Source: Cyanobacteriota bacterium (GTDB taxonomy: Bacteria; Cyanobacteriota; Cyanobacteriia; Thermostichales; Thermostichaceae). Taken from it: a stretch of DNA of 64,000 nucleotides. A program made the translations under genes and the position numbers. This document shows positions 9,101-18,728 of this stretch, in pieces. The DNA is taken from assembly GCA_033764955.1 (NCBI GenBank), contig JANRIL010000022.1:8986-72985 (forward strand), written 5' to 3'. Position 1 is the stretch's first letter; each line of letters opens with the position of its first letter. The notes under the pieces were generated by a model. It made no database searches. It saw only the letters and a list, made by a program, of their open reading frames with translations, and was not told the DNA's origin.

Positions 9101-9619
9101 ATGTTTAGCAAGCCTTTCCCTTTTCAAAAACTCGCCGCTTGCCTGTTGGCGACTGTCCTGCTCTTAGTGAGTTCGGCTTTTTCTCCTGTTTTGGCTGCTT
9201 CTAGCACTTATGAAGTAGCCCTTAACGAGACAGAAACTTATACCCTGACAGTGCGGGAACTCAATCAAGGCAAAAAATTGTTCGGAGCCGCCTGTGGTCA
9301 GTGTCATATTGGTGGTGTGACCTATACCAACCCTGATGTAGGTCTCAAATTAGAAGAACTGGAACTAGCCACTCCCCGCCGTGACACGATTGCCGCCATC
9401 ATTGACTATCTGGAAAATCCTACGACCTACGACGGCTCAGAGTCCCTCTTGGAATATCATCCCAACACCCAGCTCACCAGCGTCTATCCCAAAATGCGTA
9501 ATCTCAGCAAAGAGGATATGAAACTGATTGCTGGCTATATTCTCTACGAAGCAAAAAATTTACCCGGTTGGGGGGGCACCAAGAACGAAACCCACAGCGA
9601 TCTCAGCCAATATCTCTAA
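9101..9619 (+). CDS. psbV: Cytochrome c550 (PSII extrinsic)
   Basis: Signal peptide, CGQCH heme motif, LATPRRD, NPTTYDG, EYHP axial His, YPKMRNL; AAGGAG SD before ATG 9101. Confidence 0.93.
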   Translation: MFSKPFPFQKLAACLLATVLLLVSSAFSPVLAASSTYEVALNETETYTLTVRELNQGKKLFGAACGQCHIGGVTYTNPDVGLKLEELELATPRRDTIAAIIDYLENPTTYDGSESLLEYHPNTQLTSVYPKMRNLSKEDMKLIAGYILYEAKNLPGWGGTKNETHSDLSQYL

Positions 9620-9809
9620 TCGGGATCCGTAATCTGTCTCCATCAGCAGATCTAGCCGATTGAAGGGATCCAGGCTTATGGGCAGTCAGAATCCTGGCTG
9701 CTCATGTTTCCCTTATTTGTTTATATCTAGACCTTCTTATTGAGCATCTTCAAATGGCTCTGCCATGGTTGCTTTTTTGCCATTTCTTTATCCATTTGCT
9801 TAATTTTAT

Positions 9810-10328
9810 TTGGAGATCACAGCTTTGCTAACCCGCTCAGTTCACTATCTCAAGACATTAGTTTTTTGGATTTTACTTTGGGGATACTTACAGATGGGGA
9901 GTCTGCCTGCTTGGGGACGAGTGGATCCCTATGTCAATCAATATCTACAAGCTAGCCAGCCGATTGATCTACCTTTCGATGCCACTGGAAAGACTGTCTC
10001 CCTTAGCCCTGCCCAACTCACAGCCGGCAAAGCCCTATTTCAATCCAACTGCCTCAACTGTCATGTGGGGGGATCCACTTTGCCCAATCCCAGCATTTCT
10101 CTCTCCCTCAGTGATCTGCAAGCAGCCACGCCCCCCCGTGATAACCTGAGTAGCCTTATGCAATTTCAGCGGCAACCCCTTACCTATGACGGCCAAGCCC
10201 TGAGTGAAGAGTGTCGGAAAATTTCAGCCGCTTGGATCCCGGATAGTCAGCTAGAAAATCTCGCAGCATTTGTCCTGCGGGCGGCACAAGTAGCTCCCGG
10301 TTGGGGATCCAAATTTGAGGGGGACTAA
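9810..10328 (+). CDS. psbV2: Cytochrome c550-like protein PsbV2
   Basis: VDPYVNQYL, CLNCHVGGSTLPNP, ATPPRD, AAFVLRAAQVAPGWG; directly after psbV; start uncertain. Confidence 0.9.
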   Translation: MEITALLTRSVHYLKTLVFWILLWGYLQMGSLPAWGRVDPYVNQYLQASQPIDLPFDATGKTVSLSPAQLTAGKALFQSNCLNCHVGGSTLPNPSISLSLSDLQAATPPRDNLSSLMQFQRQPLTYDGQALSEECRKISAAWIPDSQLENLAAFVLRAAQVAPGWGSKFEGD

Positions 10329-10418
10329 GCCAGATTTGCTCAGGTGAGAGAGGGATCTTATGATCGAAAAAGATCGAAATGATCAAAGCCGTTTAGGGAT
10401 CCCTGGGGATTAGCCGTC

Positions 10419-11150
10419 ATGCATCAACTGGAAGATAGCGGGTCAGAACACTCCTCTGATAGCAAAGCCGGACTGATTTGGCTGATGGGGGCGGCGGTGG
10501 TGACGATTCTGCTCTGGCAACTGCCTTGGGGGAACTACATTCTGTATCCCTTTACGATTTTGGCCACCTGGTTCCACGAAATGGGGCATGGGTTGACGGC
10601 GATTCTATTAGGGGGAAACTTTCAGAAGCTAGAGATTTTCCCCGATGGCTCAGGGGTGGCCTTTCACAGTGGTCAACTGTGGCTGGGGCGACTGGGACGA
10701 TCGTTGGTGGCCGCCGGAGGACCGATGGCTCCCGCTATTGCGGGTTCGATCCTGATTTTGCTGTCTCGCCGTCCCCGTCCGGCTCGTTCTGGTTTGATTA
10801 GCCTGGGCATCCTGCTGCTGCTGTCGGCGCTGATCTGGGTGCGCTCCTCGTTTGGGCTGATGATCGTGCCTCTGCTGGGCTTAGGCATTTTGGGCATTGC
10901 CCTTTGGACTCCCCCCTGGCTACAGGTGTTGAGCGTGCAGTTTTTGGGGGTACAAGCCTGCGTGAGTACCTACCATCAGATTGGCTATTTATTTACCGAT
11001 CAGGCTGTGATCGCCGGACAGGTCATCCATTCTGATTCTAGCCAGATCGCCCAAAATCTTTTACTCCCCTACTGGTTTTGGGGAGGATTGATGACGCTAG
11101 CATCGTTTATTCTCTTGATCCAAAGTCTACGCTTTGCCTATCAAGATTAA
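10419..11150 (+). CDS. M50-family (M50B-like) membrane metallopeptidase
   Basis: TWFHEMGH zinc motif, AAGGP, HSD motif, multiple TM segments. Confidence 0.88.
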   Translation: MHQLEDSGSEHSSDSKAGLIWLMGAAVVTILLWQLPWGNYILYPFTILATWFHEMGHGLTAILLGGNFQKLEIFPDGSGVAFHSGQLWLGRLGRSLVAAGGPMAPAIAGSILILLSRRPRPARSGLISLGILLLLSALIWVRSSFGLMIVPLLGLGILGIALWTPPWLQVLSVQFLGVQACVSTYHQIGYLFTDQAVIAGQVIHSDSSQIAQNLLLPYWFWGGLMTLASFILLIQSLRFAYQD

Positions 11151-11204
11151 TTTCTAGAAGATCAACCGCCAGGCAACTATATCGATATCAATCCCAAGAC
11201 TCCA

Positions 11205-11489
11205 TCACGATTCCACCTTCACACCCCGCCAAAAAGCAACATGGTCTTTGATCTGCTTGGCGGCATCCTTAGGTTGAGGATAGTACCAAGCAGCATCCTT
11301 GTTGGTCTGTCCATTGACTTCTAAAGTGTAGTAACTGGCAACACCTTTCCAGGGGCAGGTGGTGTGGGTATCACTGGGCTTGAAGTATTCGGACTTTATG
11401 GCGGAGGGAGGAAAGTAGATATTGCCTTCGACCGTTTCATAGGTGTCGCTTTCAGCAATCACAACGCCATTCCAAAGAGCGCGGGGCAT
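11205..11489 (-). CDS. DUF427-domain protein
   Basis: WNGVVIAES, VEGNIYFPP, TTCPWKGVASYY, AAWYYP. Confidence 0.92.
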   Translation of the reverse strand: MPRALWNGVVIAESDTYETVEGNIYFPPSAIKSEYFKPSDTHTTCPWKGVASYYTLEVNGQTNKDAAWYYPQPKDAAKQIKDHVAFWRGVKVES

Positions 11490-11593
11490 AACCGATACGG
11501 GATAAGAAACATACCCCCAGTGTAGCGACTTCTAAAGGTGCTAATCGATAGAGATAGCCTCTTATCCCGAACCCAAGCAAACTAGGGATCCCG

Positions 11594-12187
11594 TTAGCGG
11601 CTACCCAAAGCCACCAGACTTTGCAAGAGGGGGGATTGTTGCATCGCCAGTTGATGGGAATGGTTAATCTCGTGAGACAGTAAGTAGGCCATCGGAGAGA
11701 GAGAAGTAAAGCTAGAGCGAGGGTGAGGAACAGTATTGTTACCAAACACCAAGCGATACTCCTCAGAATCCACAAAAGCATCCACCATTGCTTTTAGCCC
11801 CTCCTTCACCAAGATGGAGTGATAGCCGGCTACCTCTGCTTTATGGCTAGGGGCGCGTCCCAAAAAATGTTTGAATGCCTGTTCGACACAACGGGTATTG
11901 CACCCCGCGTTAAAAAAGAGTTGCTGATAAAGATGCGAATGACCGATTTGGCGAACCAAACGACGTAGCCCAACTTTTCCCCGCAAAAATTCACCCTCTA
12001 GCTTGGCTAGTTCTCCCCGCCGCTCCTGCTGATAGGGTTGTCGTTCTAAAATCTGTTGATAGGTCGCCCGTAGGAGGTTTTGTAGGGTTACAGAATCGGC
12101 ATTTCGCTCGTAATGCAAAATAGCTGAGTCCGTGCTAGCCATAACATGCATATGCTCTGCTCCTGATGGTTGAGGATAGGTGGTCAA
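11594..12187 (-). CDS. Stand-alone phycobilisome linker-domain protein
   Basis: ATYQQILER, FKHFLGRAP, VDSEEY..FG.NTVP motifs of the PBS linker domain (ApcE/CpcG-type repeat); start uncertain. Confidence 0.88.
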   Translation of the reverse strand: MTTYPQPSGAEHMHVMASTDSAILHYERNADSVTLQNLLRATYQQILERQPYQQERRGELAKLEGEFLRGKVGLRRLVRQIGHSHLYQQLFFNAGCNTRCVEQAFKHFLGRAPSHKAEVAGYHSILVKEGLKAMVDAFVDSEEYRLVFGNNTVPHPRSSFTSLSPMAYLLSHEINHSHQLAMQQSPLLQSLVALGSR

Positions 12188-12992
12188 GTTATCTTCACAA
12201 ACGCAACATACGAGAGGCAGGAGATCAAAAATTCTTTATTTTGACTCATTTCTCTCAGCCAATTCCCTAAGGATCCCTCGCATTTGTCTTGGGCTAGGCG
12301 GACGACTCATCGACTAGAATGCGAGAATTTGACTTAGCCGCAATTTTATAGGTAAAACTTGTCCCTAATTCCGATCTATCCCAATCAGGAATTTTTTGTC
12401 TATGGCTTTGTTAAAGAATTGATAAATGTTTATCCTAAATCTGCAAAAAATAGTTCTGGAGATCTGTTTTTCTCCCCCTGCTCTAGGGCTTTTGCCTTCC
12501 CCTCCGTATATTTACAGTAATTAAGGATTGTTAAACCTCTATTCACAGAGAGGGATCCGTCTATCAAAATAAAAATTAGCTTATATCAAGCTTTTGCCTA
12601 TTGCATTTCTTTAGTTGTCCCTAATCCCTTAACTTCAGGGACATTACCCATAAAACCTGCTACAGCCTAAACCTACTCATTCCGGTTTATTATGCTGCAT
12701 TACTCTAGCAGTTAAAGTCTCTAAATCCCCTGAAAAGTTGGGGTCTAGTGGCCATGGGTCTGTTTCGGGGTAGATGGAGTGGTAAGCCCATATCTCCTGG
12801 GACTCAAGGCAATGTCTGTCAGCACGTCCGTTAACTTATTCTCAACTACTCGGGGTGGCTAGGCAAAGCAATTTCTTACTTGGAGGAGCTACTGACAAAC
12901 TAATGTTGATATTTGCCCTTGATGAAGTTCAAGCTTTGTATCAGTTTTTCTGTCTTGTGTCCCTTTGCCTTCATTAGCAGGTGTCTAAAGCT

Positions 12993-13478
12993 ATGGTAAA
13001 ACGGATTACCTTAGAACCCCTTTCTAAAATTTCCGAGGTAGAAACCTATAGTAATTTACTGTCGGTCATTCTTTCTGAAGATCTGCATGTTTCGCGGGAA
13101 TGTAATGGTCGTGGACTGTGTGCCACCTGCCACATTTATGTGACGGCGGGCATGGATAGTTTAAGCCCCATGACTCCCCGCGAGATGAAAACACTGGAGG
13201 TGATTACCAGTGCCAGAGTGGATTCTCGTTTGGCTTGTCAGTCTAGAGTAGTTGGTGATGGAGTGGTGGTAGAACTACCCCCCGGTATGTATGTCAACTC
13301 CCTCCATGATATTGAGCTATTGGTGGGGAGGAGGGCAGAAGTGGATCTTTTGCACCCAGTAACCGGACGGGTTCTAGTGGAATCTGGCAAGGTGATCACT
13401 CGTTCTACCCTCAAGCAGTTGGAAAACGAAGATTTTCGCTTAATTGGTTCCACGCTAGCTAATTCCTCTAGAGTTTGA
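12993..13478 (+). CDS. 2Fe-2S ferredoxin with C-terminal extension (Slr0148-like)
   Basis: ECNGRGLCATCH...SRLACQ (C-x5-C-x2-C...C) plus ~60-aa tail; GTG at 12981 is an alternative start. Confidence 0.9.
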   Translation: MVKRITLEPLSKISEVETYSNLLSVILSEDLHVSRECNGRGLCATCHIYVTAGMDSLSPMTPREMKTLEVITSARVDSRLACQSRVVGDGVVVELPPGMYVNSLHDIELLVGRRAEVDLLHPVTGRVLVESGKVITRSTLKQLENEDFRLIGSTLANSSRV

Positions 13479-13635
13479 GGATGTTAATCTAATTTTTTGC
13501 AAGACTGTGATCATTAACATGGCTGTGATAACCTAACCTTTTTGTTTTGGATGGTCAGCAACTTTGATCTGAACTTTGTGAAAATAAATGGATCGATGTT
13601 TTGAGCTAAATATCTAAAGAATTGTGGAGTATCCC

Positions 13636-14343
13636 ATGAGTACTGATGCCGCGCCCATACTAGAAAATCGCCCTGTTGTTACTTCTCCTGTGGGGAAGGA
13701 TAAACATGCTCACTATAGCTATCAGGATTTCTTTCGATTTAACCATCAAAAGGGTCAAATCATCGATTGGAATGGCAGTCAGAATCTACTACTAAGTGAA
13801 GACTTTATTGTCGGTTTACAGACAGGCTTAGAGCGAGAAGTGGGGGATGCATCTGCTGCCGTTATGTATACGATTGGTCTTGACTGGGGAAAATTTGATG
13901 CCGATTATTTCTCTGTCTGGTATGAAAAAGAATTTGGACTCTCTACCAAGCGTTCTAATCTGTTATTTCTATTAGAAACATGGTGGTGGCCTTTTACTGC
14001 TCAAGGCTGGGGAAAATGGGAAGTAGAAACCGAGTCGAAACAGAAAGGTTTTATTTTTATCAATCTGTTTGATTCCATGGTGGCACGCACATTGGGAGAT
14101 GTGGGTAAACCTGTCTGTCATTTGTATGCAGGCTTATTTGCTGGTTTTTTTACCTCCATGACTCAGCGGGATTTGGGGTGTATTGAAATCCAATGCTACG
14201 CCATGGGAGAAAGCTACTGCAAGTTTTTATTGGGAGGTCAAGATCGCATTGATGCCGCTAACTTTTGGGTCAATGAAGGGGCAAGTGCCAGTGAGATCGA
14301 GCGGCGACTGATTAACCAGGATATGCCGAAGCATCACAAATAG
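13636..14343 (+). CDS. V4R-domain protein (Slr0144-like)
   Basis: WWWPFTAQGWG, KPVCHLYAGLFAGFF, CIEIQCYAMGESYCKF; GGAG SD. Confidence 0.9.
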   Translation: MSTDAAPILENRPVVTSPVGKDKHAHYSYQDFFRFNHQKGQIIDWNGSQNLLLSEDFIVGLQTGLEREVGDASAAVMYTIGLDWGKFDADYFSVWYEKEFGLSTKRSNLLFLLETWWWPFTAQGWGKWEVETESKQKGFIFINLFDSMVARTLGDVGKPVCHLYAGLFAGFFTSMTQRDLGCIEIQCYAMGESYCKFLLGGQDRIDAANFWVNEGASASEIERRLINQDMPKHHK

Positions 14344-14401
14344 TTTGCATAGGATTCGGGAATGGTTAATTAACGATGCTTTATCTATCGGAGAAACCCT
14401 G

Positions 14402-14677
14402 ATGTCTAGATTTCCCCTTTCGGATCAGGATTTATTGCAATCAGCTCGCTCGTTTATGCAGCAGCTTAATTGGGATAATCGGGTAGTGATCCAACCCATT
14501 TCATCCCCTGAACCTCATCCCTCCGGTATCCCCACTTTGCTGATGGATTGGTCTGTGGAGCAGTTTTTTGCCTCCTTTGCCTGGACTGGGATCCAGTTGG
14601 AAACTTCCCTGGCCGATCCTATTCCTGAGGACTACGAGGATCCCTTTACCCTGAATGATTTTTCAGATCTTTTCTGA
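14402..14677 (+). CDS. Small acidic hypothetical protein (Slr0145-like)
   Basis: FMQQLNWDNR, SVEQFFASFAWTG, FTLNDFSDLF; GGAGA SD; position within the V4R run. Confidence 0.7.
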   Translation: MSRFPLSDQDLLQSARSFMQQLNWDNRVVIQPISSPEPHPSGIPTLLMDWSVEQFFASFAWTGIQLETSLADPIPEDYEDPFTLNDFSDLF

Positions 14678-14756
14678 ACTATTTAATGGGGTCAATCAGG
14701 AAAACTAAGGTGTATTTTTGGCTGAACTAGCCCTCATTTTTGGAGACGATTTCATC

Positions 14757-15299
14757 ATGGAATTGACATGGACACAACGGATCGCGGAATCTGAGGGTAG
14801 CTATTTGCCTTCGGAGCATTTAGCCGCCCTCAAGGAATATGCCGAGACATTTGCTCAACGTCAGGCTCTTTATCAAAAGATCTCGGAGCAGGAGGCTATC
14901 TGGATTGGACAACTGTTGCAGCAACAGGGCTATGATCCGCAACAATCTCTTCCTCGCCCTGCTCTCCTCTTGGCTGAACATTTGGCACGGAGTTTGCGAG
15001 CTGTAGCGATTAGCCTATTGAGCGATGATCTGGCTTTGTTGTCTCAACAAACCTTTGGGGTGATGGAGTCTTTTTTGTGCCTGAAAGATATCTTGGATCA
15101 GCTTTGGCAGCGGATGCAGGGATCCCTTTCTGCCGAACAAATCCGTTGGCTCACCCCCTATTGGCAAACCCTTTTGGCGGCTTATGCCACCAGTCAATCG
15201 GTGGACACGGATCCCTCCCCCCCTCTTGCCTCTACCGAAATAGCCTCAGAATCCACCTCTAGCGAACCGCCTCTCACCCTGGCAGAAATGTTTGTTTAA
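14757..15299 (+). CDS. Degenerate phycobiliprotein/globin-fold protein
   Basis: IAESEGSYLPSEHLAALKEY matches the phycobiliprotein N-terminal (D/E)GRYL...L..L pattern; no CxRD; Ser/Pro-rich tail. Confidence 0.7.
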   Translation: MELTWTQRIAESEGSYLPSEHLAALKEYAETFAQRQALYQKISEQEAIWIGQLLQQQGYDPQQSLPRPALLLAEHLARSLRAVAISLLSDDLALLSQQTFGVMESFLCLKDILDQLWQRMQGSLSAEQIRWLTPYWQTLLAAYATSQSVDTDPSPPLASTEIASESTSSEPPLTLAEMFV

Positions 15300-15445
15300 A
15301 CGAGACTATTTCTGGTGAGTAAGTCTAGCTAGTTTGTCATTAAAGCCTAACTTTATGGAACGGGTTGTATGACGGCTTGAGAGCAATCACTTAAGTTCAC
15401 TTGAGTTCCTGCGTAATTTCTCCATTTTCAAACCAAGCACCCCCT

Positions 15446-15916
15446 ATGAACAGCACCATTCTGGAGATTGTCCGGCAATCTGAAGGTCGTTATTTACAAC
15501 CCGATGAAATGCGTTCTTTGCAAGATTATGTGGGATCCCTTCCCCATCGCATTGCTGTTTATCAACATTTACAAGCCCAAGAAACGGCGTTGCTGGATAA
15601 GGTGATCAGCAAATTTCAGCCAATGCTGCCCAATTTGACTCGTCAGCATGGACCAAAAGCCTGGGATCGGTGCCGACGAGATCTATCGATGGTTTGGCGA
15701 TACTGCTGTATGGCGATGTTATTAAATGATGAAGATTATCTACGGGATAAGTTGCTCTATTGGATGGAAACCATTCTGAAATCTTTTAAGATGCGGGATC
15801 AGTGTCAGCCCGCCTATAAGCTCATGCTAGATACTCTGCAATTTCTCTTTTCAGAAGAACAAATTAAATTGATTCGTCCCTATCTGCTGCTGGCCAAATC
15901 GATGCTAGTTGCTTAA
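15446..15916 (+). CDS. Phycobiliprotein-like (allophycocyanin-like) protein
   Basis: SEGRYLQPDEMRSLQDY, DRCRRDL..VWRY..MAML.ND pattern equivalent to the CxRD...RY...A helix of phycobiliproteins. Confidence 0.85.
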   Translation: MNSTILEIVRQSEGRYLQPDEMRSLQDYVGSLPHRIAVYQHLQAQETALLDKVISKFQPMLPNLTRQHGPKAWDRCRRDLSMVWRYCCMAMLLNDEDYLRDKLLYWMETILKSFKMRDQCQPAYKLMLDTLQFLFSEEQIKLIRPYLLLAKSMLVA

Positions 15917-15992
15917 GGTCGATTCAAGTTGATTGTATTCATTGACTTCATTCATTACTAATGATTTCCCAGCTATGGGTTGGAGGTTAATC

Positions 15993-16664
15993 GTGACAAC
16001 ATTGCTAGAACTTTTGCAAGAACGCCCCCTCACCGGACATTGTTTTAAGCCCGAATACTACATCAAAGCAGATATTCACTCTGGACTTTTAGAAAGTCGC
16101 GGTGGATATCGACTGGCGGCTTTTCCCGAAATGTTGCTAAAGGCGATTTATTCAGGATTGCGCTACGAAACGGGGCAAGCCGCACGGGTCATTCTTTACA
16201 ATTGTGGACAAGAATGGGGACAAGAATTTTTTCGCCGCTTTGAACAAGAACTGACCCAATATCATCAGCAACCTCTGGTGGATTTGCCCATTGGTGTTTT
16301 GATTGATGCGTTTCAAGATCTTTGGGCTACCCATGGCTGGGGACGCTTAAATCTCAACTTTGAGCATGGGGATCACGGATTGGTGGAGGCTATTGTTTTT
16401 AATTCGGGTTTTGCAGCAGCAGCACGGGTGGCTCACCCCGATCAGTTAACTCAAGAACCTTCCTGCTATCTGGAAGCGGGGGTCTTATCGACGGTATTTT
16501 CTAAGTTATCGGGACGAGATCTAACCTGCGTCCAAACCCAGTGTGAGTCGATGGGATCCGACCGTAACTGCTTCTTAATTGGCACATCCCAGCGGTTGCG
16601 AGACTGCCCAGAATGGATCCGCAAAGGGATCTCTCACTCGGAAATTCTCCAGCGATTGCTATAG
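15993..16664 (+). CDS. V4R-domain protein (Slr0147-like)
   Basis: WATHGWG, PSCYLEAGVL, LTCVQTQCESMG..NCF; GGAGG SD before GTG 15993. Confidence 0.9.
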   Translation: MTTLLELLQERPLTGHCFKPEYYIKADIHSGLLESRGGYRLAAFPEMLLKAIYSGLRYETGQAARVILYNCGQEWGQEFFRRFEQELTQYHQQPLVDLPIGVLIDAFQDLWATHGWGRLNLNFEHGDHGLVEAIVFNSGFAAAARVAHPDQLTQEPSCYLEAGVLSTVFSKLSGRDLTCVQTQCESMGSDRNCFLIGTSQRLRDCPEWIRKGISHSEILQRLL

Positions 16665-16848
16665 CCACAGGCGGACACCCTCATCGCTTTCCCCAGTCCA
16701 GCGGATTGGGGAACTTTTGTTGGGATAACCCAGAGAAAGGGGCTTCACGTCCGACAGCTCTCGATTTGGCGCGAAAAGGAATAGCATTTCTGGGCTTCAA
16801 TGTTTATGTTAAGGAAAGTTCCTAGCAGTTCTCTCTGGGATCCCTTCC

Positions 16849-18651
16849 ATGCCGATGGACTCCATTTCAACCTCTGATCCGTTTCTGGATAGATTGCTGG
16901 TGCAACGCTACCGTCTCACCCAGATGTTGGGACAGGGAGCGATGGGACGGGTTTATCTGGCGGAGGACATGCAACTGGGACAAGTGAAGGTGGCAGTCAA
17001 GCTGCTCACCCACACCCTAGGGGATGAGAAAATGAAGCTGCGCTTCGAGCGGGAAGCCAAGGCTTGCGCTTATCTCGGTCAAAAAAGTTTACATATTGTG
17101 CGGGTAAATGACTATGGCATCACCAGTGACCAGGTGCCATTTTATGTCATGGAATATCTGCGTGGCCTCACCCTCAAAGAGATCCTGGAACAGGGACGGC
17201 TCCCCTTGCCACGTTTTTTTCGGCTCGCTCGTCAGATTGGCTTAGGGTTAAAAGCTGCCCACGAAGGAATTGTGTTGGAAGGGCGGACGGTTCAGGTCAT
17301 CCATCGAGACCTCAAACCCGCCAATGTGTTGGTGGTGGCGGATGACAGCCTGGGAGAAATGGCCAAACTCTTGGATTTTGGGATTGCCAAGCTGATTGCG
17401 GATTCCGGTTCCGTCAGTGTGACCAATGCCTATCTGGGAACCCTAGCCTATTCCTCCCCTGAGCAGTTGGAGGGTTTGCCCCTCGATCCCCGTTCCGACA
17501 TCTATAGCCTTGGCATCATGCTCTATCAGATGCTGTCGGGATCCCTACCCATCACCCCCACCACCGATTCCTTCCCCGGTTGGTATCAAGCCCATCACAA
17601 GCGCCGCCCCAAACCCCTCACCCCCCTGGTGGAAGAACTGTCCATCCCTGCTGAGCTTGGGGAACTGATCATGGCCTGTCTGGCTAAAGATCCGGCCTCT
17701 CGCCCCCAAACGGTGCAGGAAGTGGTGCAGCGCTTAGATACCCTCAGCGTTAGTCAGCCCCCTTCTCCCCTGCTCGTGCCTGTGGTGACTCCCCCCACCC
17801 TGGCGACCCACCGCCTCCGCCCCACCCCACCCCCCGCTCCGCCCCCCGCTCTCTGGAGTCGGATCATTCCCTTAGCCATTGGTGGATTGCTGGGGTTAGC
17901 CGCCTTTCGCCTTGCCCTCACCCTCCTGCCCTCACCCAGCCAAGTGGGAGGGGATCCTGCCACCTTTACCACTCCCCGCAGCGATGGGGATCCCAGCGGC
18001 GCGGCTCAGATTCCCGTTGAGACCGATGCCCTGACGCCCGCTCTGCCCGATATCCCTAACCTGGCTGACTCCCCCGAATTGCAAGGGGATCCCCAAGCCC
18101 AACTGCAAACCTTCCCGATTAACACTCCCCAAAGCGCCATCCGCCAACAGTTGGGATCCCCAACCGACTCAGGCAAAGGGTTTTGGCCCAACACCGTTTA
18201 TGATCGCTACCGCTTGGGGGACGGAGACATTGATCTGGGATTGATCTATGACCAGAATGATCTGACCCTGCGCCAAACCGAAGCCACCATCAGCGATAGC
18301 GTTTCCGACGGGGTGGCGGCCAATCTGCTCGAAGACATGGTGCAACAACCCTTGCCGGAAATTTTGCAAGCCGGATTGATCGCCGTTCGTAGTCGCACCC
18401 AAAATCGCTATGACTTTGCCTCCGACTCTGGTCTACTGGAGGGTGTGATCGAGCGCAACCCCCAGGGGCGAGTTTATATGGCAATCTGGGAGCGGGATTT
18501 GCATACCAGTTCCCCTCCATCCCCCACCCAACCTGTGCCGCAGGCCACCCCCATCCCTCGCCAGCAGCCAGCCCAAGTTGCCCCCGCCAACCCCCGCTCA
18601 GGCAACAACCTGCGGAAGCTCGTGGAAAAAGCCCGCGATAGCAGAAAATAA
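16849..18651 (+). CDS. Membrane-anchored Hanks-type Ser/Thr protein kinase
   Basis: LGQGAMGRV, VAVK, HRDLKPAN, DFG, SPEQ, SDIYSLG; Pro-rich linker, one TM segment, C-terminal domain ending YMAIWERDLH. Confidence 0.95.
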   Translation: MPMDSISTSDPFLDRLLVQRYRLTQMLGQGAMGRVYLAEDMQLGQVKVAVKLLTHTLGDEKMKLRFEREAKACAYLGQKSLHIVRVNDYGITSDQVPFYVMEYLRGLTLKEILEQGRLPLPRFFRLARQIGLGLKAAHEGIVLEGRTVQVIHRDLKPANVLVVADDSLGEMAKLLDFGIAKLIADSGSVSVTNAYLGTLAYSSPEQLEGLPLDPRSDIYSLGIMLYQMLSGSLPITPTTDSFPGWYQAHHKRRPKPLTPLVEELSIPAELGELIMACLAKDPASRPQTVQEVVQRLDTLSVSQPPSPLLVPVVTPPTLATHRLRPTPPPAPPPALWSRIIPLAIGGLLGLAAFRLALTLLPSPSQVGGDPATFTTPRSDGDPSGAAQIPVETDALTPALPDIPNLADSPELQGDPQAQLQTFPINTPQSAIRQQLGSPTDSGKGFWPNTVYDRYRLGDGDIDLGLIYDQNDLTLRQTEATISDSVSDGVAANLLEDMVQQPLPEILQAGLIAVRSRTQNRYDFASDSGLLEGVIERNPQGRVYMAIWERDLHTSSPPSPTQPVPQATPIPRQQPAQVAPANPRSGNNLRKLVEKARDSRK

Positions 18652-18728
18652 TCTAACCGTTTGCGGTTCCCACTTTTTATGATGTGGGCTATGCCTACCC
18701 TCGCGTTCGGTGTTCTTCAGGTTGATTC

